From NCBI GenBank assembly GCA_030324005.1, contig JARDVH010000163.1, positions 63,338,880-63,402,879 on the forward strand: DNA of 64,000 nucleotides. The letters are read 5' to 3'. The position numbers were made by a program, and so were the translations under genes. The DNA comes from Negaprion brevirostris. Taxonomy: Eukaryota. Positions 12,865 through 26,441 of the stretch are shown piece after piece (position 1 is the first letter of the stretch; each line of letters begins with the position of its first letter). The notes below the pieces were generated by a model. It did no database searches and was not told the DNA's origin. It was given only the letters and a program-made list of their open reading frames with translations.

Positions 12865-14780
12865 TTAGTGGATGTGGGTGTCAGTGGCGAAGCTAGCATT
12901 TATTGCCCATCCCCAATTGCCCTGGAGAAGGTGACATTGAACAGCCTTTTCGAACTGCCGCAATCCAAGTACAGATACACCCACTGTGCTAAAGAGGAAG
13001 TTCTAGGATTTTGACCCAGCGACAGTGAAGGAACAACCAATATATTCAAAATCAGAATGGTGAATGACTTGGAACTCCAGGTGTTGGGGGCGTTCCCAGA
13101 TATCTGCTGTCCTTTGTCCTTCTGGATGGTAGCGATCATTGGTTTGGAAGAGCTGCTTAAGGAACCTTGAGTTCCTGCAGTGCATCTTGTAGATGGTAGG
13201 CACTGCTGTCATTATTCGTTGGTGGTGGAGGATTGTTTGTTGAAAGGGTGATGGACACTCTCAGAGGCCAAGATGGTTCATCCACTCAGCATTTCTGCCT
13301 GAAGGTTGTTGCGAATGCTTCAACCTCGCCTTTTGCACTGCTAATCTCTTCCATCATAGGAGGTGGGGATATTTGTGGAGCCTCCTCCTCCAGTGACTTG
13401 TTTAATTGTCTACCACCTTTCACTAGCAGGACTGCAGAGCTGAGATCTGATCCATTGGTTCTGGAATTGTTTAACACTGTCCATTACTTGCTGCTTGTGC
13501 TGTTTGGCATGCAAGTATTCCTTCATTATAGCTTCACCAGGTTGATGCCTCATTTTTAGGTGCGCCTGGTGTTGCTCCTGACATGCCCTCCTGCACTCTT
13601 CATTGGTGGTGATGGCAGAGTGGGGAATATGCCAGATTATCAGGTTACAGATTGGTTAAGTACAATTCTGCTGTTATTAATGGCTCACAACGCCTCATGG
13701 AGGCTCAGTGTTGAGTTGCTAGATCTGATCAAATTCTATTCCTTTTAGCAAGGTGGTAGTGCCACACAACACAATGGAGTATCCTCAATATGAAGATGGG
13801 ATGAGCTACACCTATGACGGTTCTCCACCAGGATTGTGCATTGGTAATTTATAATGATACTATCATGGACAGATGTTTCTATTGCAGGCAGGTTGGCGAG
13901 GATGAGGTTAAGTATGTTTTTCCCTCTTATTGGTCCCTCATCATCGGCCGCAGATCCAGCTTAGCAGCTACGTCCTTTAAGACCCAGCTAGCTCAGTCTG
14001 TGGTGCCGTTATTGAGCCACTCTTGGTGATGGACACTGAGGTCTCCCACCTCAGTGCTTCCTCCAAGTGGTGTTCAACATGGAGGAGTATTGATTCCTCT
14101 GCTAAGGAAGGACAGTACATGATTATCAGCAGCAGATTTCCTTGTCCATGTGTGACTTAGTGCCATGAGATTTCATGAAATTCAGAGTTGGTGTTGATAA
14201 CGCCTAGGGCAATTCCCTCAACGACTGCATACTACTGTACTCCATGTTGAACACCATTTGGAGGAAGCACTGAGGTGGGGGTCTTCAGTGTCCATCATCA
14301 AGAGTGGCTCAATAACACCACCCAGACTGAGCTAGCCAGGTAACATAGCTGCTAAGCTGGGTCTGCGGCAGGTGATAATGGACCAAAAGAGAGAAAAACA
14401 TACTTCTGCTCGTGATGGTGGTAACTGGAATATTATCCACAAGTTATGATTCCGAGAGTATGATTATGTTAGACTGCTGCTTGATTAGTCTGTAAAACAT
14501 CCTAATTTTGGCACAAATCCCTAGGTGTTAGTAAGGAGGACTTTGCAGGATCGACATGGCCAAGGTTACCNNNNNNNNNNCCTGTCCCGTGTCACTCCTT
14601 TTTGGTTTCTTTGCATTTGTAGCTAGGCCATTTAAGAGTCAACCATGTTGTTGTGGGTCTGGATGACAGGTTTTCTCCCCTTAACAACATTAGTGAACCA
14701 GAAGAGTTTTTATGTCGATCGACAATGGTTTCATGGTCATCATTAGGTTTTAATTCCAAGTTAATTTAAATTCCACCATC
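12865..14780 (-). mobile_element. Decayed LINE (RT/endonuclease remnants) with internal inverted segment
   Basis: Its 12865-13200 end is the reverse complement of the element at 28570-28932; remnant peptide SSAKGEVEAFATTFRQKC. Confidence 0.6.
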
Positions 14781-15519
14781 TTCTGTGCTTAACTGTGGAG
14801 ACTTAGTGCGTTATAACTGCAAGCTGCAGTTTTACACTCACAAAAGTAGTATCTTTAGGAATATGTTTGCTGGGCCCAACAACCTGTCCTTTTTGGCTTG
14901 ATCCAATTCTATACCTCTCAAATTTCGAGTAGGGCATCTCCCAATTATCACCACCTTCTATTGCCAAATTGATTCTTAATATTTAGAAATTGTAATCAAT
15001 TTCAGAACACTCGCATAATGAACTTTGTTGAATGCTTTTTGAAAAATATAAATAAACTGCATTTTAATGGTTCACTGGGTTATACTAGGCCCTCAGCACA
15101 ACCACTTCCTCAAGGAATTCTCAAAGAAATGTATGTCGCAATCTATAACACCATGCTGAAAGCTCTTCCTTAAATATAATGCCCTCAATTTTTTCCAATA
15201 TAAGTTTTTAGGTTAGCTAGCTTGCAATTGCCAATTTGTACTTCATTCCTTTTTTGAATACTTAGAACCACATTGGCAACCTTCCAGCCCTTGTCTATGG
15301 GAGTAATTACGGAGCTCTGTGTAATGTCAAGGTATCATTGATTTCACTTCATTCCTTGGACGTTGTATTCCCAATGGGTCTCATGAGTCCCAGGAACCTT
15401 CCAGTTTCTGCTTAACATATTTTTACCAGCTTCTCTCGTGCGCTACATATGTCTGCGCCCATTCACGCTGATGTATTATCATTAGTATAACAAAGTCCTC
15501 CTTTGTTGTACTAATGACA

Positions 15520-16203
15520 GCGAAAATGTGAGTCTCCCCCACCGTTCTCACCGAAAACTGATAGCAAAGTTGGGAGATCGGAAATGCACAGCATAATGCA
15601 AAAATTCAGAAGTTGCAGTCAGTGAGTGTACAGAATCTCCACCATTAAATGTGAAAAATTTTCACAAAGTGCAATCTCCAATGTAATCACGGTTTGGCGA
15701 GAATTTCACTCATTCACTCGGACTCCTCAAAAAGTTACATTTTGTTGAATGAGAGTTTACTGAGGTTTTAGCAAAGTGGTAACTTCAACATCTTTACCAG
15801 CCCTAAGAAACTAATTTTCTACTTGTTGAATATCAGATTTCTCTGAAACAGTAAGAAGTTGCATTTGAAAAAACAATTTTTTTATTTTCAAGTCTGTTTA
15901 TCTTTATTTTAGCTCCTTCCTTAATATTTACACATTTATTTCACTATCTGAATATATAACTTAAAAGTGAAGATTTTTAAGTCGTTTTAACTTCCTGGTT
16001 TGCAGTATGTGAATACTTCAATTTGATTGGTTGTTTCCCTTTAGTTGCTGACCTTACTAAACAATGCAAGAGATCACCTTAACTTGGTATGAGATTTAAA
16101 TGTCTGTCAGGAAAGGGGAAAGCCATGCCAAAGAGATCACTAGATAATTGAGGTCTGTGTAAGTATTCCCAACTAGCTTCTAACTGCAAAATCTGGGCCA
16201 CTG
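15520..16203. repeat. Unclassified ~680-bp interspersed repeat, copy A
   Basis: Reverse-complement similarity to 51745-52445 (e.g. actgcaaaatctgg/ccagattttgcagt; gagatcactagat/atctagtgatctc; cttcctggtttgc/gcaaaccaggaag). Confidence 0.75.
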
Positions 16204-16555
16204 TAAAGGATATGACTGATATTCCTTTACGGGTACATTCGTTCCTATTAATAGTTTGCTCTAAGTTATCTTTTAACAGACACGCTAGTTCTTTGACCTC
16301 CCTTTCACTGGTAACATAGTCGTCATACTTTGGCTACTTGCTGTAACTTGTTTGTACGACAAAGCTCAATAAATTGCACTTCCAACTGAAGGAATGTTTC
16401 ACTTCACTAAGCAAAAACTGTGGGTCTAAAATTATACTGGGTCTCATTTAAAATCCAGTTGCGTACATATTTGTGAATAAAATTAGTGCTTTTGATTTAC
16501 TAGAGCTACATGCAAGAGAGTTCCCCATTTGTTACCACTGAGAATTTATTCTCAC

Positions 16556-17030
16556 CTGTCATCCCTCCGCCCACGAAAGCGCATATCATCTGGCTCCCTC
16601 ATGAATCGTTCATCTAATGGTTTCCTTCCATCCCAACCTTGAGGTGGACCCCGGCTTGGGCCTCTGTGCTCAGGATCCCCAAAGTCCCTGTACTCCTGAT
16701 CAGGAGGAAAATCCCGCTGAGGACCAGGCCCCCGTCTCCAGCCCTCATCAAGGGGTAGCGGACCCATACGGTTCTCAAACTCCCGCGACCTGTGGCTGTA
16801 TCGCTCGTCCTTCCGGTAATCATCATGATACTGATCTGGTCCTTCAAAACGATCGTGGTAGTCTTGGGGTGGGCCTCGTCTCTCTGCAGACCCTCTGTTT
16901 TCCCGAGGATCATTCCAGTCATGGGAACCCCTGTAAGGAGGTCCCCGTTCAGGATCACGCTCTGTGCTCTGATCACGCCTCATTTCTTGTGGATGACCCA
17001 TGTGATGGTTTGGAGGACCATGAGATTCAC
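16556..17030 (-). CDS. WDR33: WDR33 exon 18 equivalent, 475 bp, R/G/D/P-rich
   Basis: ttgacag|GT GAA TCT = ESHGPPNHHMGHPQEMRR...DMRFRGRRDD; donor AG|gtgaga; phase 1-2. Confidence 0.93.
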
Positions 17031-17379
17031 CTGTCAAAGCAAAACAAGCTTGAAACTTAATTAATACAAAAGTTGAACTACATGTGCACAAACACAAGAG
17101 GATCATTCTCCTCCTGCACAGTGGTATTTAACTGAGCAGATTGACTGTCCAGCCAAAATACACCTAATCACTGATGGCCCATTCACTGGTCAAAGACTAA
17201 AATAGCAGCAAGAACTGGGGTTCTGAAATCATATATTTGGAACACTCGACATTATTACATGTTTTTATTTGTCAGATATATTTCATTCAACCATTGAAAT
17301 ATTTGATTTCCTTTAGACAGCCAAACAGACAAGAAACGAGCGAATAGGAACTGTGCTGGATTGTCCAACGAATCTAAAA

Positions 17380-17762
17380 AAAAACTTGCATTTACATTGC
17401 ACCTTTAACTTCAGGATGGCCTAAAATACTTAGCAGACATTCAAGTACTTTTTAAAGTGTTTCCCTACTTTCATGTACATAATGTGTTTTGTGCACAATA
17501 AGCTCACAAAAATAGTAACATAATAATGGGTAGATGGTAGCTGATGGAAACATATTTGCCAGGATACCAAGGGGAACTCTCCTAGTCATTTTTATCAACT
17601 GATTGGCCTCAGATTAACATGTCATCCTCCAACAGTATAGTACTTTCTTAGTACTGAACTGGGAGTGCCAGCCTACATTTTATATATAAGTCTTTGGAGT
17701 GAGACTTGAATCTAGAACTGATTGACTAAGAGACAAAAGTGCTACCCACTGAATCACAGTTG
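17380..17762 (-). mobile_element. Old tRNA-headed SINE with L2-like tail (DeuSINE/SacSINE-like)
   Basis: Similar to 37255-37640 and, in reverse, to 55670-56070 (actgtgattcagtgggtagcact head). Confidence 0.55.
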
Positions 17763-19172
17763 NNNNNNNNNNNNNNNNNNNNNNNNNNNNNNNNNNNNNN
17801 NNNNNNNNNNNNNNNNNNNNNNNNNNNNNNNCAAACCTCTTAATGGGTTAATCTGAAAACTTATAAATGGATTAATTTGCAAAACTCTAATGAAATAATT
17901 CCTCGATGTACGTTAGAATTATACCTGACGATGTGTACTTTAATGGATCATCCGCGGTATTGATTTGAGGTCATGCAATGAAAGACAAAGATGTTTTACT
18001 GAAGCTCACTGGTCACAGTGCTCTTTTCTGGCACTGTGTGGAAAAGTGATCCAGCCTAAAATCCAGTTGTACTAGAATCAAAGGTGATCCAATTTCTGCC
18101 TTTATTAGGTGTGATAATGGTTTAAACACAAGACATTTTCCTAAACACACACACTATCTTAAATGAGGCACACTTATCTGACCTCGACAACGTCACAAAT
18201 GGCAACACGCATTGCAGCTGCATTTGAAGTAGTCCAGTGTTACAGAGCCCTAGAAACTGAAAGACTATTTCAAGAACAAACATTAGGTCAACCTTTGCAA
18301 CACTCTTACTTAATGAGCAAAAGATGAACATGTTTTTAGGCAATGTTTTATTCAGCATACAATATGTTGCATAAACTGTCTGAGTCGGGATGTAAACTTG
18401 AATTAGTAAACATCTCACTTGTCTTTTTAAAGTCACATCTTTTCCTAGCCTTCCAAACATTTTGTGGACAGAACCAAATGCAAATCCACTTCAGTTGGGG
18501 TTGCAAATCTTTATGGGTCAATCAATGCCAATTATCTATCCAACAAGAAGAGGAGCAACCCCCTGCAGGTTCAACAGGTTTGAGAAGGTTTCATGCCTCT
18601 TCTGAATTTTGCTAGTCACCTGGCCAAAAACAGATGATCAACTGAGATTAGTGAGTATGACTGGCAGATATATTGACCATCCAAATATCACCTGCTGTTC
18701 GAGGATCAACCATTGACAAAAGAAGCTAGTGAGTTGGCCAATCAGCTTAATTTTTCCTCAATCAGAGCCCTATATTCTCATTGTTCACTCTATGGATGCA
18801 CTGTTTCGACAACATGATGCATCAAGAGTCTTATTTCAAATTGCTGCAGGATCAATAACATCATATTTGTAATTTGTGCTTTGTTGTCCGGACTCTGTTT
18901 TTGCACCTTATTTATTGTAATTTGTTAGCATATAATTTTTTCACCAAATTTGGTAATAACCTGCATAAAGGAATCATTGTTGCTTCTTCCCTCTCACCAA
19001 AGTTTGAATATTACTGCACAAGATAGTTACAAAATAACAATGAACCTTTATCTTTCTTTAACTCTTAATAACCTTTGTGCACAGGAAAGTTCAACAAGGC
19101 AGAGTGACAAGTGTGAAGCTTGGATGAGTTTGTTGAATAAATCTTGCCTATTTGCATTGCTGCTCTTCTCAC

Positions 19173-19269
19173 CTTTGTTCGGTCCTGGACCTGGAGGTCC
19201 CTGATTAGAAGCAGGTAATCGAACTGGTCCCTGTGGCACCATCATCAATGGTGGAACTTGGTTTGGAGC
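19173..19269 (-). CDS. WDR33: WDR33 exon 17 equivalent, 97 bp
   Basis: ttttcttacgtaag|GCT CCA AAC = APNQVPPLMMVPQGPVRLPASNQGPPGPGPNK; donor G|gtgaga; phase 0-1 fits neighbours. Confidence 0.88.
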
Positions 19270-21239
19270 CTTACGTAAGAAAACAAAATAAGAAATGAGA
19301 CACAGACCCAATTTTAAAAAATCCTTTGATGATTCATAAACCAGGCTGGTCAGAAATCAGTCAAATGCTGGGAAACCAGGAAAATTGAGCCAAAATTATG
19401 GAATTTTATTTTGCACCTTGCTTTTTTGGTGAAATCTAATTTGGTCAGAAATAGAATGTCTGTTGAAGAAACACTTTCTTCACAACATCAGTTTAAGAGA
19501 CTTTTCAAAGTTTTTCTTAAAATGAATTTAGTTTCATATAAAACTGAACAGAATGAGTTATTGAGCCTGTTATGAGAGTGTTATTTATCTGAATAAATAT
19601 ATTCCAATTCAATCCAATCAAGTCCAATTAAATATAACTCAACAACAACTTCAGTTACTATAGGATCACACCACCCCAAAGCACCTCGTGCTGGGTAGCA
19701 GCAGTGGAAGAGAGGTAGATCCAGACATTGAGTAGGAACTGGGTGTCGAGTTAGAGAAGGTGACCATAAGAGAGGTCAAAAAGGTAGGTTGTCAGAAGGT
19801 GAATTCCAGACTTAAAACTGGAACAGCAGAAGGAATGGAAAGAGCCAAGGGTGAGGGTGGAGATGGTGATGAGGGCAGTGCGTGTGGAATATTATACAGT
19901 AGTTCTTTCAAGATTTTAATCCGTAATGTTCCAGTTAACTGGTAGAAGTAGGTGCTGCCAGAAAGGCCATTTAATTGTGTACGTGTTAAATGATTTTCCA
20001 AATTGCTGAGCTCATCACCAACTCTCAGTTAGTTCTCCTAATTAATCATTGGATCTCACTACTTAAGGGAATCGTCTGATAACATTCAAATAGATCTGGA
20101 TGAAGTATAGGAGTTATCAAATAACAAATGGAATCAATGCGAGTAAAGACAAGGTGAAACACGTTGGTACAGTAATACAAAACAGATGTAACTGAGTAGA
20201 TGCCCAATGACAAATTGTATTTCAGTGCAGTTATCAGACTTGCTTTTTTACGGTATCTTTTGTGACAAGGTGTCCCAAAATGCTTTATGAAGTACTTGAA
20301 GTGGAGTTACCAATGTAATTTAGAAGAAATGGCAACCAATTTGCACACGGCAAACTCTTACACACAATCTGTTTTGCAATGCTGATTGACGGATAAGTAT
20401 TGGCCACGATACTAGGGATAACTCCCCTGCTCGTCTTTCAAAAATATTTAATGACTAATCTGAAAGATAGTGCAAACTCCCTCAGTATTGCACCGGAAGA
20501 TCAACAGGAAGCTGTCAAGAAAAATCCTATTCCTGGATTAAGATGCATTTCAATGGTGAGGTCATTCACAATAATGGACTGAAACTTTCTAAAGGATATT
20601 GTAACACAGGAGACAAGAATGACCACAATGACTCTGGGATATGCACTTCTGGCTGACAGAATTTAAACAATCCTCATTAAAAGAGTTGAGTTTGGATATG
20701 GTTCAGGCCTTTAATATGTTGTAGAGAAAATGAAAAGGTAATTTCTCTTAATCCACCATGCTCTTATCAGAGGTAGGAAACACCATTACTGAGTTCCTTT
20801 AGCTACACAGAAAATAGGTGGATGAGACCTTCTCAAGGGCATTTAGGTTGGGCAATAAAGTGGATNNNNNNNNNNGGATGGTCAACTAGGAATATCTATT
20901 CAAATCCTGATTGAGACCTTAAGCCTTTAGCCTTCTAACCCAGAGGTAAAAATGACACCAACTGAACCAAAGGACATAATAGCCATGTGGTACGGCAGGA
21001 AACACGAGTGTATTTCCAAAAGGCACATTAAGGATGAAGCACTGCTGCATGACACAGTAAACTGCATTGAGAAGAATCAACAAGCCATTCATTCCATAGC
21101 ATGGACATGTACTTACTCTACCTTAATCTCCCAATGGAATACAAAATGCATCCAGTCCTCAAAGGTAACTGAGCAAAAGATACAGGACATCTATCTGCCC
21201 AACTGCATTCCACAGAGGGTAATCAGCACTCAAGTACGA

Positions 21240-21610
21240 CTTTCACCGTGGCTCAGCGGCCACACTCAGCTCTGGGCCAGAAAGCTGTGGTTTCAACCCC
21301 CTTTGCAGAACCTGAACTAAAATCTAGGCTAGCAATACTAAGGGATTGCAACTTTGTTAAAAGTAGCAGTCTTTTGATGAGAAATTAGTCTGCACTTCAA
21401 TGAAGGTCAATCACAGATGACAAAGAATTGCCCGATCTTTTATGTAAAGGATTAATAGATCAATCATATATGTTATCTGTTAGATTTTCTTTTGCGCAAA
21501 ATGGGTGTTAAGTTAAATACAATTGCTTTCAAAGCAAACTCTTGCAGCTGAAGCACTTTGAGATGTTTTGCAGAGACATGTGCCATGTAAATGCAAATCT
21601 TTTATTCTTT
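21240..21610 (+). mobile_element. Old SINE, same family (decayed)
   Basis: gtggctcagcggccacactc head; aagcactttgagatgttttg...atgtaaatgcaaatctttt tail. Confidence 0.5.
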
Positions 21611-22195
21611 AGACTTAATATGTTGGAACATTTAAAAATACCAAGGAAGCTTGCAAGTGAAACAACACGAGCTAGAACATTTCTTGTTTCCGAGTTAATA
21701 TCCTAATTTGCATATTTCTAAAAGTGTCCTCAAAGTAAGTTCCATTCTGCATGATGGAACAGATTATTCAGAACCATACGAGTGGAGAGCACATTACCTG
21801 TGGGCCACCTTGATACACAGATTTTCAATTATCATCAACACTTTGATTGCCTCAGTAATGCATGCTGTTCTATCTAGCCTGCACGTCACCGCTAACATGA
21901 ATGCCCCCCATCTTTCTCTCTTTGAGGCTACTGACATTTGCCATTTCACGTGTTAACACGCCTTATCATTAGCAGTGGAAAACTGGAATAGTGGGCAGAA
22001 TTGCTGGCCAGCTATTAACTATTCCCATGTTGACCAAGCTGATGTAATTGTGAATAAAACATTTTCTAAATCAGTACCAGTCTTCAAATATTAAGTTCAA
22101 ACCAAAAAGCTTCCTACATTTTCAATGTTGTACTGTATATAGATATGCTTTGCACAATACTCGGTGTAAAATATAATAAATACAAGATGACTTAC

Positions 22196-22993
22196 CTGGT
22201 TGAATGGCATTCTAGGTCCATCACCCAATAATGATGGCTTGGCTGGTTGCTGAAAGGAAGGAGCTTGATGTGGCGGTCCTTGTGCGTTTGAACTACCTGG
22301 CTGAGAATGTGGTGGCCCTCCTGGTGCACCCTGAGGCCCTTGAGGTCCTGATGGTCCTTGCATGCCCTGGGGATGTCCTTGCATTCCCTGAGGAGGGCCT
22401 TGCATTCCCTGAGGAGGTCCCTGCATAGGAGGACCTTGCATCCCTCTTGGGCCCGTCGGCCCCTGCATTCCCTGGGGTCCTGGATGTCCTTGTGACCCCG
22501 AATGACCTTGGGGTCCCAAACCTTGTTGAACATGCGGTCCTTGCTGTCCTTGAGGTCCAGGATGATTTTGGGGGCCTTGAAAAGCCTGTGTTGCATGTGA
22601 TCCTGGATGTCCCTGAGGTCCTGAAGGACCTCCTGGACCATGAATTCCTTGTGGCCCTGCGTGTGTTTGGGGACCCATTAATCCTTGTGACACCACAGGA
22701 CCCTGCATGAGTGGGGGAACTTGAAGACCCATTTGTCCTGGAGGTGCTGGTGGTCTGAAATTGCCTTGAGGTCCTGAATGTCCATGTGGCATATTCATCT
22801 GCATCTGCTGAGGTGCATGTGCCTGTTGAAATCCTTGAGGAGGTTGAGAGATAAACCCTTGCCCTGGGAAGGACTGTGGTGGTAAAGAAGCTCCTTGTTG
22901 CTGCTGCTGTTGTTGCTGCTGCTGCTGCTGTTGTTGTTGTTGCTGTTGAACTTGCTCAGCCTGTTTTTGTGCCATCCTTTCAATCTTGAGTTG
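22196..22993 (-). CDS. WDR33: WDR33 exon 16 equivalent, 798 bp; polyQ and collagen-like G-P-Q/G-M-Q repeats
   Basis: atgcag|CAA CTC AAG = QLKIERMAQKQAEQ...GPQGMQGPPQG...PSLLGDGPRMPFNQ; donor gtaagt; 266 codons, phase 0-0. Confidence 0.95.
22896..22950 (-). repeat. CAG/CAA trinucleotide repeat encoding a polyglutamine tract
   Basis: ttgttgctgctgctgttgttgctgctgctgctgctgttgttgttgttgctgttg on plus strand; Q run in ORF 22097..22999. Confidence 0.95.
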
Positions 22994-24025
22994 CTGCATG
23001 GAAGGAACAAAACAGACAAAAGGTAAAAATCTTTCCCTTCCAATTCGGACTCTTATCGGAAACTACAGAAGAAACTGAGTATACACTTCAGTCTAACATG
23101 GCTGAAGGAGGGCATCAAACACTTTTTCTTAAACAGGGCTATATGACATTGACAATGTCAAGTAATGATAATTTTCCACTCCTGATCCCAACCACATTAT
23201 ATGCTATTTTGACTACCACAAATTTAATGGTGGAAATATTCAAGGAGCAATGATGGGAAAGCAACTAATGCAGCTCTGCAATGGAATAGTGGGTTTAGGC
23301 AGTGACCTGAGATGTACAAATCACAAAGTCCAGTTCAATTGCTGTCTCTGCTGAATTAGTCCAGAGGCAGAGAAGATAAATAATTGGATTCAAAGCCTGT
23401 GTGATCACCCTTCAGAGACCATTGTAACAGCTACCTAGTGATTCCAATTGAGAAAAAAATAGGGCTCAGCTGTAATGTCCTGAGTTCATGGTTACTTTGG
23501 TTGCTAGTGCAATAAACCCTTGCATATGATGAGCCAGCATCAGCAGCATTAGTTGCCCCCTGCAGTCTGAAACTAAAATAAAAAAGTAGAGCTGTTGTAT
23601 ACAAAAGTAATAAGACAGAGGATCTCCACAGCATGAGAAGAATTATTTGCGCCGCTGGGAAATGAATGCACAAGTGACTCAGTACAACATTTCCTCTGAT
23701 TTTCCCACTCCATTAAAGGAGTATGGCATCAGCTGAGACCATTAAATAATTGTGCAAAGATATATTTCCATACCTAACCTGTTTGAGAGGTAACATGCTG
23801 CCTCTTCAATGTGACATCCTCATGGATCACCCATCATTTTAACATTTGCTTCATCCGTTGGATCCAACAATCAATAGTCAAAGATTCCAACAATTTAGTT
23901 TGCATTTCTATTCATGCTAACGAAGATATTTAAAAGCTAATAGCTACAAATAAACTTTTAAAGAGCCACTGACAACACATTTGAAGCGCCCAGGTTATAA
24001 GGAAGGAATTGCAATCTCCCCTAAC

Positions 24026-24178
24026 CTCTAAGAGCAGCGGATTGGTGTATTGTAGAGCTGCCATCTCTTGCTCAATCTCTGCTTGAGATTTCTTCTTTTC
24101 ATCCTGTTTCTTCTCTTCCGTCCTTTCAATTTTTGGTTCTTCAATAGGGACTGTGAGAACCTTATTTTGGGACCATGC
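24026..24178 (-). CDS. WDR33: WDR33 exon 15 equivalent, 153 bp
   Basis: ctgcag|GCA TGG TCC = AWSQNKVLTVPIEEPKIERTEEKKQDEKKKSQAEIEQEMAALQYTNPLLLE; donor gttagg. Confidence 0.93.
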
Positions 24179-24433
24179 CTGCAGTCAGAAGGTAGAGATT
24201 ACATAACATTCATATCTGTTTCCCATCTTAAAATCCCACTATTTTCCCATGTTTCTGTCGCTTTAAATTCCTAACTGCCCGCTTCACTGAATGATGTTCA
24301 CACAGTGGATGGTGAGGTTTCATTTGCACTTGTAAAAACGAGTGGAAATTTGCTTTAAGTAAGCCAGGAATATGTTCTGTAGTTGATGCAAATTAGTTGT
24401 TTAATACATACATATCATGGGGATAATGCAAGG

Positions 24434-24720
24434 AGGGGAGATGGTGGCATAACCATAATGTCACTGACTAATAAATCCAGAAGTCCAGGCTAATAGCCTA
24501 GTGACACGGGTCCAAATCCTACCACGGCAACCAGCAAAGCGAAATTCAATTAATAAATCTGGAACATAAAGCTAATCTCAGTGGTAGTGATTGTTGCAAA
24601 AATCATTAATGTCTTTTAGGAGGGGGAAATCTGCCATCTTTACCCGGTCTATATGTGACTCCAGGCTTGTAGCAATTAACTACCATCTGAAATTGTCTAG
24701 CAAATGCCTTCACCCCATAA
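24434..24720 (+). mobile_element. tRNA-derived SINE (second family)
   Basis: tggtggcataaccataatgtcactgact...gggtccaaatcctacc; shared body with 42525-42960 (attcaattaataaatctggaa, gtcttttagg..ggaaa). Confidence 0.55.
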
Positions 24721-25022
24721 AAGAAGGTACCCTGCATACTCTCCATCTTACCCAGTATACCCTCACTCTCCCAAAGTTAGATATAATAAGGTTCTAGAAA
24801 CAGTGGCAGTGTCCATTCCCTTTTCCAAGTAGTCATGCAAGAATCTACGTAATGAATGGCAATGGGCTACTCAACTATTAGATCGTTTCTGATGAAGGAT
24901 CATCAAAATGCAATGTTAATAGTGTTTCTTTCTTCATAGATCCTTCTAGCTCAGTATGCATCATATAATGTGTTCAAAACAGGTCAATTAAACAGGAGTG
25001 AATTATACTAGATCTATCCGAC

Positions 25023-25162
25023 CTGTTGAAACTGCACAGGAATTGGCTTTGCATAGGGTACTTTCTTCTGTATCACTTTCTTCTGATCCTTTAACATCAT
25101 CTCATCCATGCCCCAATCCAATCCTGGGATTGCCATCTCCACCTCATTCACCTCTTCTTTGT
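25023..25162 (-). CDS. WDR33: WDR33 exon 14 equivalent, 140 bp
   Basis: tttacag|AC AAA GAA = KEEVNEVEMAIPGLDWGMDEMMLKDQKKVIQKKVPYAKPIPVQFQQ; donor gtcgga. Confidence 0.93.
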
Positions 25163-25714
25163 CTGTAAATAAATCAGGCTTTAGAAGGTTATGAAACCAA
25201 GTAGCAGATTTTTGAATTGTTTTCACGTGACTCACTTTAACAGATCTAAAGATCATAAGTGCAGCCAAAATTTTTTTTAAATGAAAGAATTGCTGGTATG
25301 CTGACCCTCAGCAGTATCCAATAAGTGCCTGTTTTTACTTTAGCAAATAATATAATTAGTTATCTTTGTTATGGTGCTGTGCTAGATAAACAATGTGACT
25401 TCTCTGCTGAGTTTTATTAGATTGCATCAAATATTTATCTTTCGCCCTCCACTTTGCCAATTTGTTTCCTTTGCTCTACTTAAGGGACTAACTTTCTGCT
25501 GAGGTAGTGTCCCAGTGGGATTGGTATTTGAATAACTCACCCAGAAGACAATTCTTTATATTTGAATTGAACAACTATTCAACTATGTTGCGCCAACTTT
25601 AGTGACAAATTTAACAGAATGATAATGCAAATGGTTCAGTTGGTCAAAACACAGATTCGAACACAAGAGATAAAATCTGCATACTGACAATATAAAATTC
25701 TGTGATCTACTTAC

Positions 25715-25801
25715 TGGCCTGCTCTAGTTCCAAAGCCTGTTTCAGTTGTTCCGGAATACCCATCCCAGGAATACTCGATAGACTGTTGGGTTCAATGTCA
25801 T
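25715..25801 (-). CDS. WDR33: WDR33 exon 13 equivalent, 87 bp
   Basis: ccacag|AT GAC ATT = DDIEPNSLSSIPGMGIPEQLKQALELEQA; donor gtaagt. Confidence 0.93.
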
Positions 25802-26200
25802 CTGTGGAATTCCAAATGTAAATAAAAGTTCAGGGTGGGTGCAGGAAGTTCCATCTTTATGAAATATTGTGCTTGTTTATTTCCGTTTACAGGAAGTGTG
25901 TGAGGCAGTAAACAACTCCTGTGCTGGTCAGTGGCTGAGTGACACATTCTCACCACACATGGAACTATTTAGTGTGAGATATTTCTGATAGGACTATGCA
26001 TTTAACAAGATTTGCAATCTTGCTATAGCCCATGATCATGCTGTATTATATTCTGTACATTAAATAATGTTTTCTGATGGTTTGTTTCTTAGCAGGAAGT
26101 TATTTGATTTACTGAAATGAAAGTATAGTCTGGTCTCTTCTACTATTTATGACCCTGTAAAGTAGTACATAAAGTCAGATACTGCCTTTTCGATTCTTAC

Positions 26201-26298
26201 CATACTCGCCAACTGCTTCATCTGACATCCCTGGCAGCAGATTGAGATTATAGCGATCCCTCATTTTATCGCCAGGTCTGTTTCTTGTCCAAAATTTG
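26201..26298 (-). CDS. WDR33: WDR33 exon 12 equivalent, 98 bp
   Basis: ggcag|C AAA TTT TGG = KFWTRNRPGDKMRDRYNLNLLPGMSDEAVGEY; donor gtaaga. Confidence 0.95.
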
Positions 26299-26441
26299 CT
26301 GCCAATGAAAAGTTGCATGTAATTTAACATATTGCTAGACTGGCTTTATAGTATTAAGAACACTTACTGAGCCATAGCCATTCTCATTCCTTGAACAGGG
26401 TTAACCTCCACATTTAATATTTGGCCAAACTAGGACAGAAC

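Noticed and set aside
16614-17064. Overlapping alternative-frame and antisense ORFs over exon 18
   Set aside because: Shadow ORFs of GC-rich low-complexity coding sequence; no independent splice or homology support
22192-23043. Alternative-frame and antisense ORFs over exon 16
   Set aside because: By-products of repetitive G-P-Q codons lacking stops in other frames
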